A program made the translations under genes and the position numbers. From Tubiluchus corallicola (taxonomy: Eukaryota > Animalia > Priapulida): a stretch of DNA of 64,000 nt. This document shows, piece after piece, positions 51,568 through 64,000 of this stretch; position 1 is the stretch's first letter, and every line of letters begins with the position of its first letter. The DNA lies in NCBI GenBank assembly GCA_030141605.1, contig JAQGDQ010000015.1:1054001-1118000 (forward strand), in the 5' to 3' direction. Below the pieces are notes generated by a model. That model searched no databases, had not been told where the DNA came from, and worked only from the letters and a program-made list of their open reading frames with translations.

Positions 51568-52173
51568 ATGGAAGCAGCGAGTACATCAGATAAATCACTG
51601 CGCACACGTGTTGGAATATTTATAACTGGAGTTACGTGTTTTATGGTAGGTGGTGTCTACATTGTGGCTACTCCTTTTTTGTTGCCAGCTTTGCGCAAGT
51701 ATTGCCTCCCATACATACCTGCCACATCAAAGCAAGTTTTGAATGTGATGAAAGCCTTACAAACTCATGGCCGAACTGGAAGTGTTGTGGACCTTGGAAG
51801 TGGCGATGGCCGGATTGTCTTTGCAGCAGCTAAAGCAGGATACTTGGCAGTCGGTGTAGAGTTAAACTTCTGGCTTGTGTTGTACTCCAGATTGAAAGCT
51901 CGCCTAAATGGCTTACACAGAAATGCTAGATTTATTAGACAAGATCTGTTGGTATGCAATTTGGCTCCGTATGATAATGTTGTTATTTTTGGTGTGGAAG
52001 AAATGATGAAAATTTTGGAAGCAAAGTTTCAGGAGGAGTTGCCTTCTGGGAGATGTGTCATAGCTTGTAGGTTTCCCTTAACCACTTGGAAACCACAGCA
52101 AACATTTGGGGAAGGCATAGACAGTGTGTGGCTATATAAAAAGAGTTCTAATCGTGTAAAAGAAAAACAATGA
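51568..52173 (+). CDS. ATPSCKMT: FAM173-family mitochondrial lysine methyltransferase (ATPSCKMT-like), 201 aa, single coding exon
   Basis: N-terminal TM helix, preMT PALRKYCLPYIPATSKQV, motif I VVDLGSGDGRIV, GVELNFWLV, NVVIFGV, VIACRFP and GEGIDSVWLY. From memory it is closer to FAM173B than to FAM173A/ANTKMT. Confidence 0.9.
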   Translation: MEAASTSDKSLRTRVGIFITGVTCFMVGGVYIVATPFLLPALRKYCLPYIPATSKQVLNVMKALQTHGRTGSVVDLGSGDGRIVFAAAKAGYLAVGVELNFWLVLYSRLKARLNGLHRNARFIRQDLLVCNLAPYDNVVIFGVEEMMKILEAKFQEELPSGRCVIACRFPLTTWKPQQTFGEGIDSVWLYKKSSNRVKEKQ

Positions 52174-53889
52174 GCAAATGAAAATAATAATCAACCTGTT
52201 TAATTTACAAAATTGTCATGTAGTATAACTATGAGACTAATTAGTTGTCTAAAGTAACATTGTGTGTGCTGTACATATCTTAGTTGTATATTGTAGGTTA
52301 AGGCTCATTTCGTTAATAATGATGAACAAGCAGAAAGATTGTTTATTAGAAATCTCTTTCATTTGTTAAAAAACTTCCAGGAGCTACAATAAATTGTAAA
52401 TTTTATTAAGCCATTATGAGTAGTTTCTTTTTTAATTGCTGAACTATTTTGTTTCTAGTTTGCTACGATTAAACTCATGAGACCCTGCAATCTGTTACAC
52501 AGCTATAATTATTACCAGCATGTGAACACAAATTATTTTTGGCTTTTTAGTTAATGAGTTTTATATTAACCATCCCTTTAGTACTGCTAGGCTAATAATA
52601 CTGCTAATAATAGCACAACGTAGATATACCCCAATGTGTAGTTGTTCATCGTTAAAATTTTATCCGTTTTACTAGAAGAACATATATTTTCTTTGTCAAA
52701 CTACAAAAGTGCTTTGTACTGATGTTTATTATATCACTATATTTTGTGTTTTAATAAGATGTGCTAGCAGTTACGTTATTTCTTTAAAACTAACACAGTA
52801 ACAATACTCTTTGTGTTGCTGTACTAACAAAATTTTAATAGAGGTGGATAAATTAGATTTCTTTGAAGTTACTTGATAAAACATGAAGGTTTTGCAAACA
52901 AAATTTATGACAAAATAAGATTTTTAATGCTAATTTAAGATTTCATCCATCTGTAACAATCGTGTTCGTTTATTGTTATTTGTCTTGTGTTACTATCGCC
53001 TATAATTGTCTGTGTGGTGAATTTTGTGTGTTTCACACAGTACGTGGTACATACGTGGTACATGATACAAGATACATGAATGGCTTCTATTCAATACATG
53101 AATGGAATGAACGAAATTTAGGCATTTTCAAAATTGTAATAATGCAGAAAGCAAACAAACAAAATTTTGAAAAACTAAAGGTATTGCACGAAAATCAACA
53201 ACAACAAAAATTTATAACTGTGTATTAAATAGTTGATAGTAATCAAAATTAGAATATTTTGTACAAATGCTATTGATTGTATGATGTAATGATACTCAAC
53301 TAATGAAAACATGTAGCTCCAACTGATGGCTAAACCGATCACAAGATGGACACATGCAGGACATAATATTTAAAAAAAGATAGACTTTAATAAACCAGCA
53401 AGTGTTTAATAAGTGCTGTTGCAATAATTGTTAACGAAACTATTTCCCGACAGCCACGTTTCATCCTTGCTAGACGTTTAACAGGTCAGGTTAATTATGT
53501 AATAAGTAAAAGATTATTAGGCCTAAATAGGCACCAATAGTGTTAAATGTGACTGACATATTTTTGCCGAAAAGGTAAATATGACAAAGCCGAATTTGCC
53601 AGTTTTCATGTACTTGCCATAATGAATTGATAATTGTCTCGTAATGTTTTTTACAGCTATTTGCAGAAACAAAAAATGTAAATATTTTTAAGAACAACAT
53701 GTATTTTACAATAAGTTGTAATTGCTCATGAAAAGAAGCGTCCACTTATAAGCTGCAACAATTGGTAGCCTACTTTTTTGATGTATATTATATATAAATG
53801 AAATATGAAATATGGGCTTCGTGTAACCTACCCCCGGTAACGTTGCTAACATTCCGCGCAAATTTTGTAAACGCAATATTAACGATGAA

Positions 53890-54980
53890 AGAGTGGCAAA
53901 ATGGCTGAACATATTTGTTTCAAATAACTCACGAAATCTTTTTAAGGAAATTATTAAAATAAAAGGAAAAGCAAGTGGCAGACCTGTGTGTATAGAAAAT
54001 CAAAATGACCCCAATTTCATAGCTACCTTATTTGCAAATGATTATGAACACTTATATAATATTGTGGGTTACGACTGTAATGAGATGCAAGCTTTGAAAC
54101 AAAATATAGATGCAAAACTACGTAATGAAGCGTGTGAAACTCGTCTTTTCAATGTCCAAGACATAATTAACGCTGTAAAATGTATAAAACCCGGTAAATC
54201 TGATGGAAGTGCTGGTTTTACATCCGATCATATTATACAAGGTACACATTTATTATCCACTCACTTATGTATGCTTGTGAATTGTATAACGGGCCACAGT
54301 TATGCTACGAACACCTTTCGTTGTCTTGTATCAAACCAATCCAATAGGATACCCGTGGTAACTTGTCAGACAAAGACAACTATAAGGGCATATCCTTGTC
54401 GTTTTCTATAGGGAAGCTACTCGATTGGCTAATTCTTTGTAAATATGAAAATGCATTGTGTACTTCCAATTTACAATTAGGATTTAAATCTAAGATATCC
54501 ACTACTATGTGTATCATGATATTAAAAAAACCCTCTAAATATTACGTACAAAATGGCTCTATAGTTTATTGTGCTTTACTTGGCGCATCTAAAGCATTCG
54601 ATAACGTAAATTACTGTTAATTATTCAAACTGCTACAGAAAAATCTTTCTGCTAATATAATCAAATTTTTATTAAATATGTGTATGAACCAGCAAATATA
54701 TTTATCGTGGCATAATACTAAATCTAGATTTTTTTACTTGTACTAACAGGCGAAGACAGGGTGCTGTCTTGTCCCCATTTTATTTAGCATGTACTTAGAT
54801 GGACTATTATGTAAACTGCTGGATTCTAAAATTGGACGTATGGTGGGTAGCTGGTACTGTGGCAGTGTCGCATATGCTGACGACTTAAGTCTGATGGCTC
54901 CAAATATACGGGCTCTCTAGGCTATGTTAAAAATGTATGAAGAGTATGCCAGAAATTATGATATTGATTTTTTGCGAGAA
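53890..54980 (+). mobile_element. Decayed LINE reverse transcriptase (L2/CR1-group-like)
   Basis: KPGKSDG, DNYKGISL, LQLGFK, LLGASKAFDNVNY, RQGAVLSPFLFSMYLDGL and AYADDL, with stops and frameshifts. Confidence 0.88.
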
Positions 54981-55917
54981 AAGCAGAATATTCTGTGCAG
55001 TCAACATTCTGCAATTTATTAAATGTAAATATAATGATAATTACAACAAATATGATTATTTAAAAATTAAAAAATTCATATGTAAGAAAGCTAGAGAGCT
55101 AGTGGGCTCAAAGCCTCACTCTTTCATTTGTTAAAGACGTTTTAAATGACTTAACCAGGAGCAACTTTTCCTTGACAATGGAACTTTTTACTTCAAAAAT
55201 CTGCAAATTCATTACATTCTACAATATTTATGTTGCGAATAATTTGTGATTCTGTGATGTAAAATCAAACTCAATATCGTATATTAGTTAATGGCAAATT
55301 TTATTTCTATAGAGGTATGAGTTTTTTAACTACTAACCAACATTGTTTATTTATTTACACAGCTAACCGAATGAATGCATTGTATTTACAACAATACGAA
55401 ATAAATCGCATATATCTGTGTATAAACAAAGTTCATGAGTATGTCTATCAATACCATATTGGTGCTGCCACCTCTTGGGCGTTTTCTCAACGAATTAAGA
55501 TTTTGGCGAAGCAAGATTGTCGAGCGTCGTTTACCGCACGATATATATATATACGGTCCTGCCCAAAAATTAATATGAATTAGGAAGGAAATAATAAATA
55601 AAAACAAAGTGAGTAACACGCTAAACTACAGTAATGTATCTATTAGACAACTAAAATGGATACTGCATCAGGCCTACAGTTACAGGCAACAGCATTAAGT
55701 TATTTTAGAAGACTAGTTTTTTTCACATCATGCATGCAAATATTGCCTTGAAATCTTCAAATAGTCATCACTGCTACTAACACAATCAACCATAAAAGGT
55801 GTAAATGGCTTGAACTTAGTGCAAAGCAAAACTAAGCAAAAGTTCATATACACTAGGATTTTCTCACTTAACACTTTTCAAAATTAAATTTAGGTGCCTC
55901 ACCAAATGTAATCCACG

Positions 55918-56030
55918 GAAAGAGTTCACAATTCCCTATACAATTTAATTACACTAGCCCTAAACCTTACCCTTACCCTAATCCACTTCACAAACTAATT
56001 TTTTGTGTGTTGGGAATTGTAAACTTTAGC
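55918..56030. mobile_element. Tiny MITE (113 bp) flanked by a perfect 10-bp direct repeat
   Basis: GTAATCCACG at 55908-55917 and 56031-56040. The ends gaaagagttcacaattccc / gggaattgtaaactttagc are inverted (15 of 19 match), and there are internal CCCTAA/CCTTAC repeats. Confidence 0.7.
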
Positions 56031-56465
56031 GTAATCCACGTATATAATATTACCTTCACATTAATTAATGCATAAGCAAATTATTACAATTTTATCGTAA
56101 TTGTACAAGATTTAGAGCGACAGTGTCTATGTTTTGCACACCAACAAACCACAAAAACTTAAAAATTTGTTAAAACATTTGTATTTTTTCAGGAATTCTT
56201 ATCCTCATTCTCTGTGACAATACTTCGTTTTCGAGCTGTTGGCAATGAAATTGTTTCTGGAATTTTGAAATAAATTTTGACCCATTTTAGTATTAATCGG
56301 TTTTGAAGTGTGCTACAACTGCTGCTGATTACTGAACAGCGTTCAGGTATTGTTGGCAAACGACAGAATTATTGCGTTCTTACGGGCACATAGCAATAGC
56401 AGCTATGTAATGGCCGAGTAAGCACGGTAAGGTAGAAATATTTTATTGAGGCGGCATAGAAGCAC

Positions 56466-56553
56466 ATGGTGCGTGTTGCCTGGCCAGTTTACTTGTGTTT
56501 GTTCTTGGTTACTTGTCATTTGGATACTAACCGTGCTCACATATTATAAACAG
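56466..56553 (+). other. Putative first exon of an unidentified gene (signal-peptide-like, with an in-frame TAA)
   Basis: The ATG at 56466 gives MVRVAWPVYLCLFLVTCHLDTNRAHIL*T, followed by a strong donor CAG|GTAAGT at 56553/56554. Confidence 0.35.
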
Positions 56554-58929
56554 GTAAGTTATATACATACATACAACATACACATAGCAAATTTGTCATA
56601 CGGTTTCTCTTTCTCTGAAAGTGTGTTCACATTTCATCTTTTACTATAGTCCCTTAATTTGGGTGGCATCTAACCCGTGTTTATACATGTATAATCTTTT
56701 ATAGCTTATACGTTAAAAATTATATAAGCTTATAAGTCTCGGAATACAGGAACTTACGTTAATGACTGTGTTTCCATTCTTACATGAACTTTGAACGATA
56801 CGAATTTACTTTGTTTTGGTTTGGCTGAGTCTGTTGGTGTGATCGTTTATCTACATGCACATGACAGTATGTGTAGTTGCCAATATCGGTAGTATTAATT
56901 GTCCGAATTTTGTCATCTGCATCGCAAGAATACGTTTTAAATGCCTGCGACTTAAATGATTTAACTTCAGTAGTGGAACCAAGTGAATGGTGCTTACAGA
57001 TTTTGCGCTTGTAAATAAAATTAAGGCGGTTTATAGTTCGTAATATTTGTTGTTTCTTGACTGCGAGTATTAGTTCGAGTCTGTTAATGATATTTTGAAA
57101 TTCACGTGCAAATGAAAGAAGAAACACTCGTAGCAGAAACGAAAATGAAATGGAAAGAATGTAGGCACAATACATTCTTCGTGTAATTTATCGTTAGAAA
57201 CATTTGTGGATGTCATTAAGTGCAGGCACAAATTAATGTCTTTGGAATTTTGGCATCGGTTACTGTGTAGATATATAATGTGACAGCATGTCAGCCATTT
57301 AGTTCTGGTGGCGGTGAATGTTCCTTTAAGTTCTAGTATACAGATTACATCGTGCAAGGCACTAACACCCCAGGACTTTGGAAAACGTTAGTTTTTCCCT
57401 TGTCTATAAGCCATTCCTGCTGAGTCAAACCTGCAATAATTTACTGTGATTACCAAGGCGTCTCCTAAAAGCCAAGACGTCAACACCAAAGTCATCGCCT
57501 GCGGTTACTTTCTGAATAACATTATTTAGATGAGGATGGGAATATGCGCAAGTTTTGGATGAAGGACAGGTCATCTCGGGATCAACACACAAATTGTAAG
57601 AGTTAGTGAAAACCGTGTTGGCCTACATTCTTAATTCGTTCCTACAGAGAATATATATGAAATTTCTTATAAGCAGCTTTCATGTTCTCTTATCCAATGG
57701 TGCACGATAAAGCAGCATTACGTTTCAATTCAATATGAATATACAGATATTTAGCAGCCAGTTTTAGCCAGTAGTTATTATGTTCTACAGTTAAAAATAA
57801 AAAGAAAGTCTCTGATAACGAGACAATTACATTCAGTGGTCATTGCTACTGCCCCATGAAAACGTCTAGCGAAATTATGCTAATTAGAGCGTCAAGCGTT
57901 TTTTTTTATACAGTTACCCTTACTTCTGCTTAAAAAGAAAGCACAGCGCACGTAGTAATATGGATAGCAAGAAGCGCCAAAGCTTTGCCTTTTGCTAGCT
58001 AGGCCTATATCTATGCCTTCCACTCTACACGTCGTATGTTAAACTTTTGGTTATTTCGGAAAAATACAAGTATCCTATTGCCTATGTACTATAAGCTATA
58101 CTGAGCTCTCTTCTAAAACCAAAATCCGTTTGGCGCAAGACTATAATATTTTAATATGAATTTAAAATGGCAGTATGATGCAGCGAAGCCTGGGTTGCAC
58201 CAACGGAGAACTAATCAACAACCACCTTTTCTATGCATACGACATGGCCTTTTTGGCTTCTGTTAGGACATTTCTTTAATGCGAATTTACAGCTATGCCT
58301 TCGTTATTTTTGGCACTAAAATCTGAGATTTTCGTATATAATATGCTATTCGTATGCTATTTCTCATCTGTTACTTTCTGCGCGAAGATTAAACTTTAAA
58401 ACATTAACTGCATCAATGATTAGCACGGCTGTTGTATTACAGCGGTTTACATGTGACCAACGGGATGCAATTCGTGCCAAATGCAAATGGATTATGTCCA
58501 TTTAAAATGATCATAAATTTTATTTTTGTTGTTCGAATAATATTAAGGCCTTTCATTTTGAACCGCATTTATGTTGGTTTTATTGATATGCCCTTTGGGT
58601 TAACTTTTATTATTATTGCAAGTTGCATAACCTAGAAGTTACCAATAATAGTGTTTTGTTGTAGTAGCTAAATGTGCTAAAAACGGCAGTATCAGTGAGA
58701 TATTTGTAGCAAACGATCGTCCCAAATTAAACGTTAGAATTGGAAAAAATATTTTCTTTATTTTATCTGCACCAGTTAGACTAATTTCTTTATTTTATGA
58801 ACGGTCAACAATTAACATTAGCTCAAAGAGCTATTATCGCCGTCTGTAAATAACAACCTATAACTACATAACAGAGACTATTTTTACACCACTTTTACCC
58901 TAAATACTACGCGTCAGGTAGGGCAACAG

Positions 58930-58990
58930 CAGGTACCATTTAACCTCCCAGACGGAAAGCAGACGCATTACCACTAGACTAAACCGTCTG
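58930..58990 (-). mobile_element. Degenerate tRNA-like SINE head
   Basis: The reverse complement gacggtttagtctagtggtaatgcgtctgctttcc contains the same TAGTCTAGTGG A-box as 34691. Confidence 0.35.
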
Positions 58991-59942
58991 GTATGAATAC
59001 TATTATTGCATTTCATATATGTTTTCATTAATTTTAATACTTGTCGCATACATTGGCTCACTGTGCAACATCAGAACATAGTTGTGTCGGTGGGTGTAGC
59101 AGGACTGGAGACAATCCTTTTAGCTGAGATACTGAAACCGTCAGAGGTACTTTCCCACATTTAGACGTACGTCTCCCTCAATGAGAGAAAATGATTGTGG
59201 AAAAGTTGAAGAGCAATATATTACCCAAAGGCGCTCAGAAATGATAATAATTATCCATAATTATTAATCATTTTTCTGTTGGAGTGGTGGCCGTATATCC
59301 ACTCAATGAACAGACCTTGGCTAAGATTTCACCATTTGTTCACTTATACATGTATGCACGCACGCACACACACACTGCCCAAGAAGCTTCAATTTTCTTT
59401 TTATTATAATTTTTATTCGGATTCCACAGTTGTATACTGTTTCTGAAAATTTTTATTTGAAAAGCGAATTTATTTGAAGGTCTGTTTCCACAATTTCCGT
59501 TTTTATGAGTGCATTGACTTCCGAGTTTGTGACATTTGCTTTACAACGACTGTTATAATAATAGAAATAATACTGTGGAAATAGTACTATTAGTACTTCA
59601 TAATACTAAAAGTAACGATGACTCAATAGATCATAAAGTTAAGATAACTACACAATGTGAAATTTGAAATTGTGTAATTAAATTTAAATTAATGAGGTAT
59701 GCAGGTCATCTTCAATGTTACGCAACTACAGAGATAACGTTTCTTACCGTCATTCATCACATTTTAATTTTATTTTATTTTCTTGAAATGTAGTTGGCTA
59801 TTTCTTTTCCCTAATCATGACATTGTTTACCGAAAGCATTTCAATAATAATAAGTATTGGTTGCACCTGTTGTTGATGTTCTGCAACACTACAGAGATAG
59901 TTGCATACTTTGGGAGTTGCAATATTCCACTATATTTTACAG

Positions 59943-60244
59943 GTTCCACCGTGAAAAAAGAGAAGGATGAAGATTACCTTCTGAGTACACGCAAATGTGA
60001 GAAGAGACATCTCCCGGTATCTACTTCTATTTGCGCTTGGACTACTGATATGCCAGGAGAAATGGTTAAAGTTCCTGCAGTGAATTCCTGGACGACCAGC
60101 AGTACATCTTACGGTGGGAAACTGGGTCAAATTGCTATAGAAACTTGCATAAAAAATATGAAGCCAGGCAAAGTGTTGAATCGCAACATCCCGACAGATG
60201 TGGACGTCACCGTGGGACCGGAATCTTTTGTACAGGAAACTGAG
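59943..60244 (+). CDS. Putative internal coding exon (about 100 aa) of an unidentified gene
   Basis: Acceptor tattttacag|, open frame GSTVKKEKDEDYLL...GPESFVQETE with higher GC than its flanks, and donor GAG|GTTGGT. I recognise no domain. Confidence 0.55.
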
Positions 60245-62239
60245 GTTGGTAATTAATTAAGCAAAATAGCTAATTGGACTAACAGTATAGACTCTGGATA
60301 TTTTAAATCCAAACTGCATGCCAAGTGGGTATCTAAAGCCTATACTGTTCTATCGGAAAATTAAACGCAAACATATAAATGTCGCTGACATGCTGACGTT
60401 CAATCGAAGTCTGACCAACTCTGAAATCGTTGGTAAAATGGCAAGACTTTCGTGGTGGGGTATATTTAAAGCCTTCTTGTATTAGTAAAAGAAGCTTAGT
60501 AAAAGTTGCTTTACTAATACAAAGTGGTAAAGTGGCTTTTCCTTAAAACATTTTACTAAGTCGTGTTGTTTTATATGTCGATTGTAGCAGGATTTATCGA
60601 ACTAATAAGCAGTCGATCATTTTCTCGACTAAGCATATAACCAAGAAAATAAATGTGATGATTATATGGTTTCGGTTCAAGTGTCAGTATTCGCCAAGTC
60701 GCAATAAGCTGTTTATCTGTGTCCATGAAAAAAAAACGTGAAAATTAATGTATATTTATATTGCTAGCTACTGTGACGCCTCTTTACAAATTACTTGCAA
60801 CATACTTATTTCGATAAATCCAAGGTAACATATCATTTAGAATACACAAGTTCCAATCGATAATGATGTTTTCGTTAGTATCTGACTACCTGTTACTTGT
60901 AGCCTGTAAACGAAATTCGATTAAGGTGGGGTATTACCCACCAAAAGACTGTTGATAGTCAAGAAACCTATCACTCGTCAGGGAAAGTGCTCATTGTGAA
61001 TAGCATCATGTTATACGAGATTTTCGTCTTCTGTTAATTGTACTAATTGACGCGTTGTGTTAATAACAGCGCACGTACCTCCGTGTGAAAAATTAATTAG
61101 GTAACGAGGATAATCCTCGTATACTTACAGCACTTTTTGCAAAGAATTTCTGCTTGCTAAAATTGTATGGTACTTTGTGTGGGGTATTTCGAATTCAGTC
61201 TGATTATTTCTGATTAAACCGGATAGATTCCACCCGTATCGGAAATTATAAAAGTAAATAGTCTGTACAAATATTGTGTCACCTGCACTTGTTGCCATTG
61301 CCAACAAAAAACTTCCCTGTTACTGGAAATCAAAACATGGGAGTTGAGTTTTAATGGTTCTTGTTAAGTACAAGTAAATTAGGTGCAAAGTGACGACAAA
61401 TATGATCATGTTTTTTGTCAATAAGATTACATTAGTGGCAGTTACTGGCTTCGACTGTCCAGAAGTTTTGTTGATGACAGGTTCTCCTGTCTCATTTTTA
61501 GTTATTAGCCTTTTTGGCTTACAAAAATGTATTCACTGATGATATCATAGTCGCTACTGCCGGCATCGTGTCGTGGTCACCATCGTTTTCATTTTTGCAC
61601 GTTAGAATTCTACATTGGTCGATGGTGTTGTGATTGAGATATGAGTAACTTAATCTGATTTTGGATTACTTGTTACGGCTACTATTACTGTCACAGCTTA
61701 TTAATTCTTATAGGTTCAATCTGCTTTCCTTTTACACTTGTCTGTGGCTAAAAAATAAAGAAGTGCTGTACAACATGTACACAATAAACTTGCGACATTC
61801 ACGGCAGTGTTATTCTTTAGCTATGAAAAGTTGGTACAATTATCACAGTAGTTGTTTTTTCAGCCAGGAAAATATCATTTTCTAAGCCTCGTCGTTATTT
61901 TGTGAGAGAATAGTTGAAGCAACTGTTGCAAAGCTTTAATATGCTAGCATTCATCGCGTTATTGTGCGTTTAATAGCTTTGGGTATAATTATGCGGTATT
62001 TTAAGCTCCACCGTATACTATAACAAAGGTCAAATTTACGAGCCAACGGTCTTTTTTGGTGTTGTTATTGTAAAATAGTGAATTAATCCATGATTTAGCC
62101 CAATTATTGCACGTAGTATTGCACTGAACAATTGCTGAGTCCGTGAGGGACAAACTGGCGTTGGACAAATTATACAGTTCGCTCGTTTTGCAACTCTGTA
62201 GCACATCTTTATTCAAAAGTTCTGAAACCGCATAAAATT

Positions 62240-62710
62240 TTTATTCATTTGCTGAATCTTGTTCGTTCTTTCGTTCGTTTTTTTGTCCGTTCGAACGCTT
62301 GATCACTAGTTTATTCTTTCATTTATTCATGCATTCGTTCGTCCATTTCGATTAGTAACTTACTTTTTTCGTTCGCTTTTTCACTCATGTAATCATTCGT
62401 TTATTTTTATTCATTCTGTTATTCATTTATTCATTCATTCGTTTATTCGTTCATCGATTTATTTATTTAATTATTCTTTCGTTCGTTTATTTATTCATTC
62501 AACCAACTGGCTAAGCAAATCTATCCTTCATGCATTCGTTTATTTTTTTATTCGTACAGTTATTCGCTCTAATTCTAAGTATGCGTTTTCGTTTATTCAT
62601 TCGTTCGATCATTTATCTATTCGCTCACTCATGCGTTTTTAGGTTCGTACACTTGTTTGTTCACTCACTCACTCATTCTTTCACTCACACACTCACTCAC
62701 TCACTCATTT
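62240..62710. repeat. Degenerate tetranucleotide satellite, (TTCA/TTCG/TTTA)n grading into (CTCA)n
   Basis: attcattcattcgtttattcgttc... cactcactcactc. Confidence 0.85.
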
Positions 62711-64000
62711 GGTAATTTTTTATCTTTTAAGTATTTCTATTGGTTTTAGCATAGATCTCGGGTTAGTATCGCTTCTTGATCAGTAACAAGCAACGAACTA
62801 TTCGGTTATTAAAGTTGAAAACAAAATGCAGTATTAGTACACAAAATGCAGTTTCTGCATTTTTTTCGCTTCAATAGAAATAGCCGACGTTTTTAAATTA
62901 TGCCTGATATTTGTATTGGCTGCGGCAATAGTTTCTGTGGATGAAGTCTGTCTGTCCAGAAGTATTTTTTCTGTTTGCTGTCGGGGTTGTTGGTCGTTCA
63001 TTGTTGTTTGATCTAAAAATGTTAGATTATTAGTGTTACACGTTTGATGACACTAGTGGTGTCAGAAAGGTTTGGGTTTTTGGGTTTCGGACCTATTGTC
63101 CTCTTTATTGATTTTTTTAAGAAATGGGACAAGTTTATGTGTTGTTGCTAGACAAAAAGTCGAGCGTTTAGTAATAAAAACACAAACCGCTTAGAAGTTC
63201 GACCAGCTTTGGATTAGAACAGTTTTGTGTGTGGCGTTAATACCAAGGCTACCAATTACAGATAAGTCCTACACTGGTTCTTTAATGGCTCACATCCTTG
63301 AATGTTTGAGACTTGCCGTGAAGAACTCTGTTAATATCACTTCACGGTTGTATGTTTATCTTGTAAGATTTGTACAGATAAATTGAGCACTTTAGGTTGT
63401 TAAACTATCAGGGAAATTCCACCTGCCGAGTGGAGCGACGTACTATAAGGCACTTGAAAGTTGCAATGTTTCGTGCAAAATGTTTACGACAAGAGGCAAA
63501 TTTTTAATGCAAACAGGCTTTTTATGTTCATGAAGGTGAACGAAATCTGTGAGGGTCATTGTCGTTTAAAGAGTTTTACAGTAATATGTGCTAATAATAT
63601 ATGGTTCGATAGAGAATCAATGTCTGAAACGGGAATGTTGATATTAGTTACCTAGGAAGGGGCAACTATACTGGAAAAATTGATCCAATTTCTCTGTGTG
63701 TCAAACACTTTCTATTTCGAGTGGTATAGCCCACAAAGCTGAAACATTTCCGATAGTCTAGGCATGGTCCCTCCTCTGAGTGATTGGTTTTGGGGTCAGA
63801 GATGAACTTTATGGATGTCAAAGTTCACTTTATCAAAATATTCTATATCGTCAAATCGTGCAAGATAGGCGACTGAAATTTGGAATTAAGTTTTAGCCAT
63901 TCTGGTTGGAGTGGCTACATTTTTGATGCTTATTGGGGAGTCACTTATTTCGCGCAGAGGTCAAAGACTTACTTTTTAAAAATATTGCATACATTTTAAA

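Overview
AT-rich eukaryotic genomic DNA, probably an invertebrate animal judging from the GT-AG introns, gene set and LINE/LTR/MITE debris; it is not prokaryotic. I could reconstruct five conserved protein-coding genes by hand. (1) DDX19/Dbp5 mRNA-export helicase, minus strand, single coding exon 1532-3034. (2) AGFG1/drongo ArfGAP with NPF/FG repeats, minus strand, 12 coding exons, 13244-26652, 545 aa. (3) NME7 (DM10 plus two NDK domains), plus strand, 31117-41220. (4) A DIPK2A/DIA1-like divergent kinase, minus strand, 4 coding exons, 43807-45844. (5) An ATPSCKMT/FAM173-like mitochondrial lysine methyltransferase, plus strand, single coding exon 51568-52173. There is also a probable sixth, unidentified gene with putative exons at 56466-56553 and 59943-60244. 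Intergenic and intronic space holds many transposon remnants: a deleted Gypsy LTR element with an intact 5-bp TSD inside a LINE, several CR1/RTE/L2-type LINE fragments, hAT, Tigger-like and unclassified MITEs with readable TSDs, and a decayed DUF6729-like/'DHTFK' putative transposase. I found no convincing wholly new multi-gene system. The most interesting oddities are an 18-nt GT-AG segment directly after the NME7 start codon, a signal-peptide-like exon interrupted by a TAA, two intron-free coding regions among intron-rich neighbours, and unclassified MITEs.
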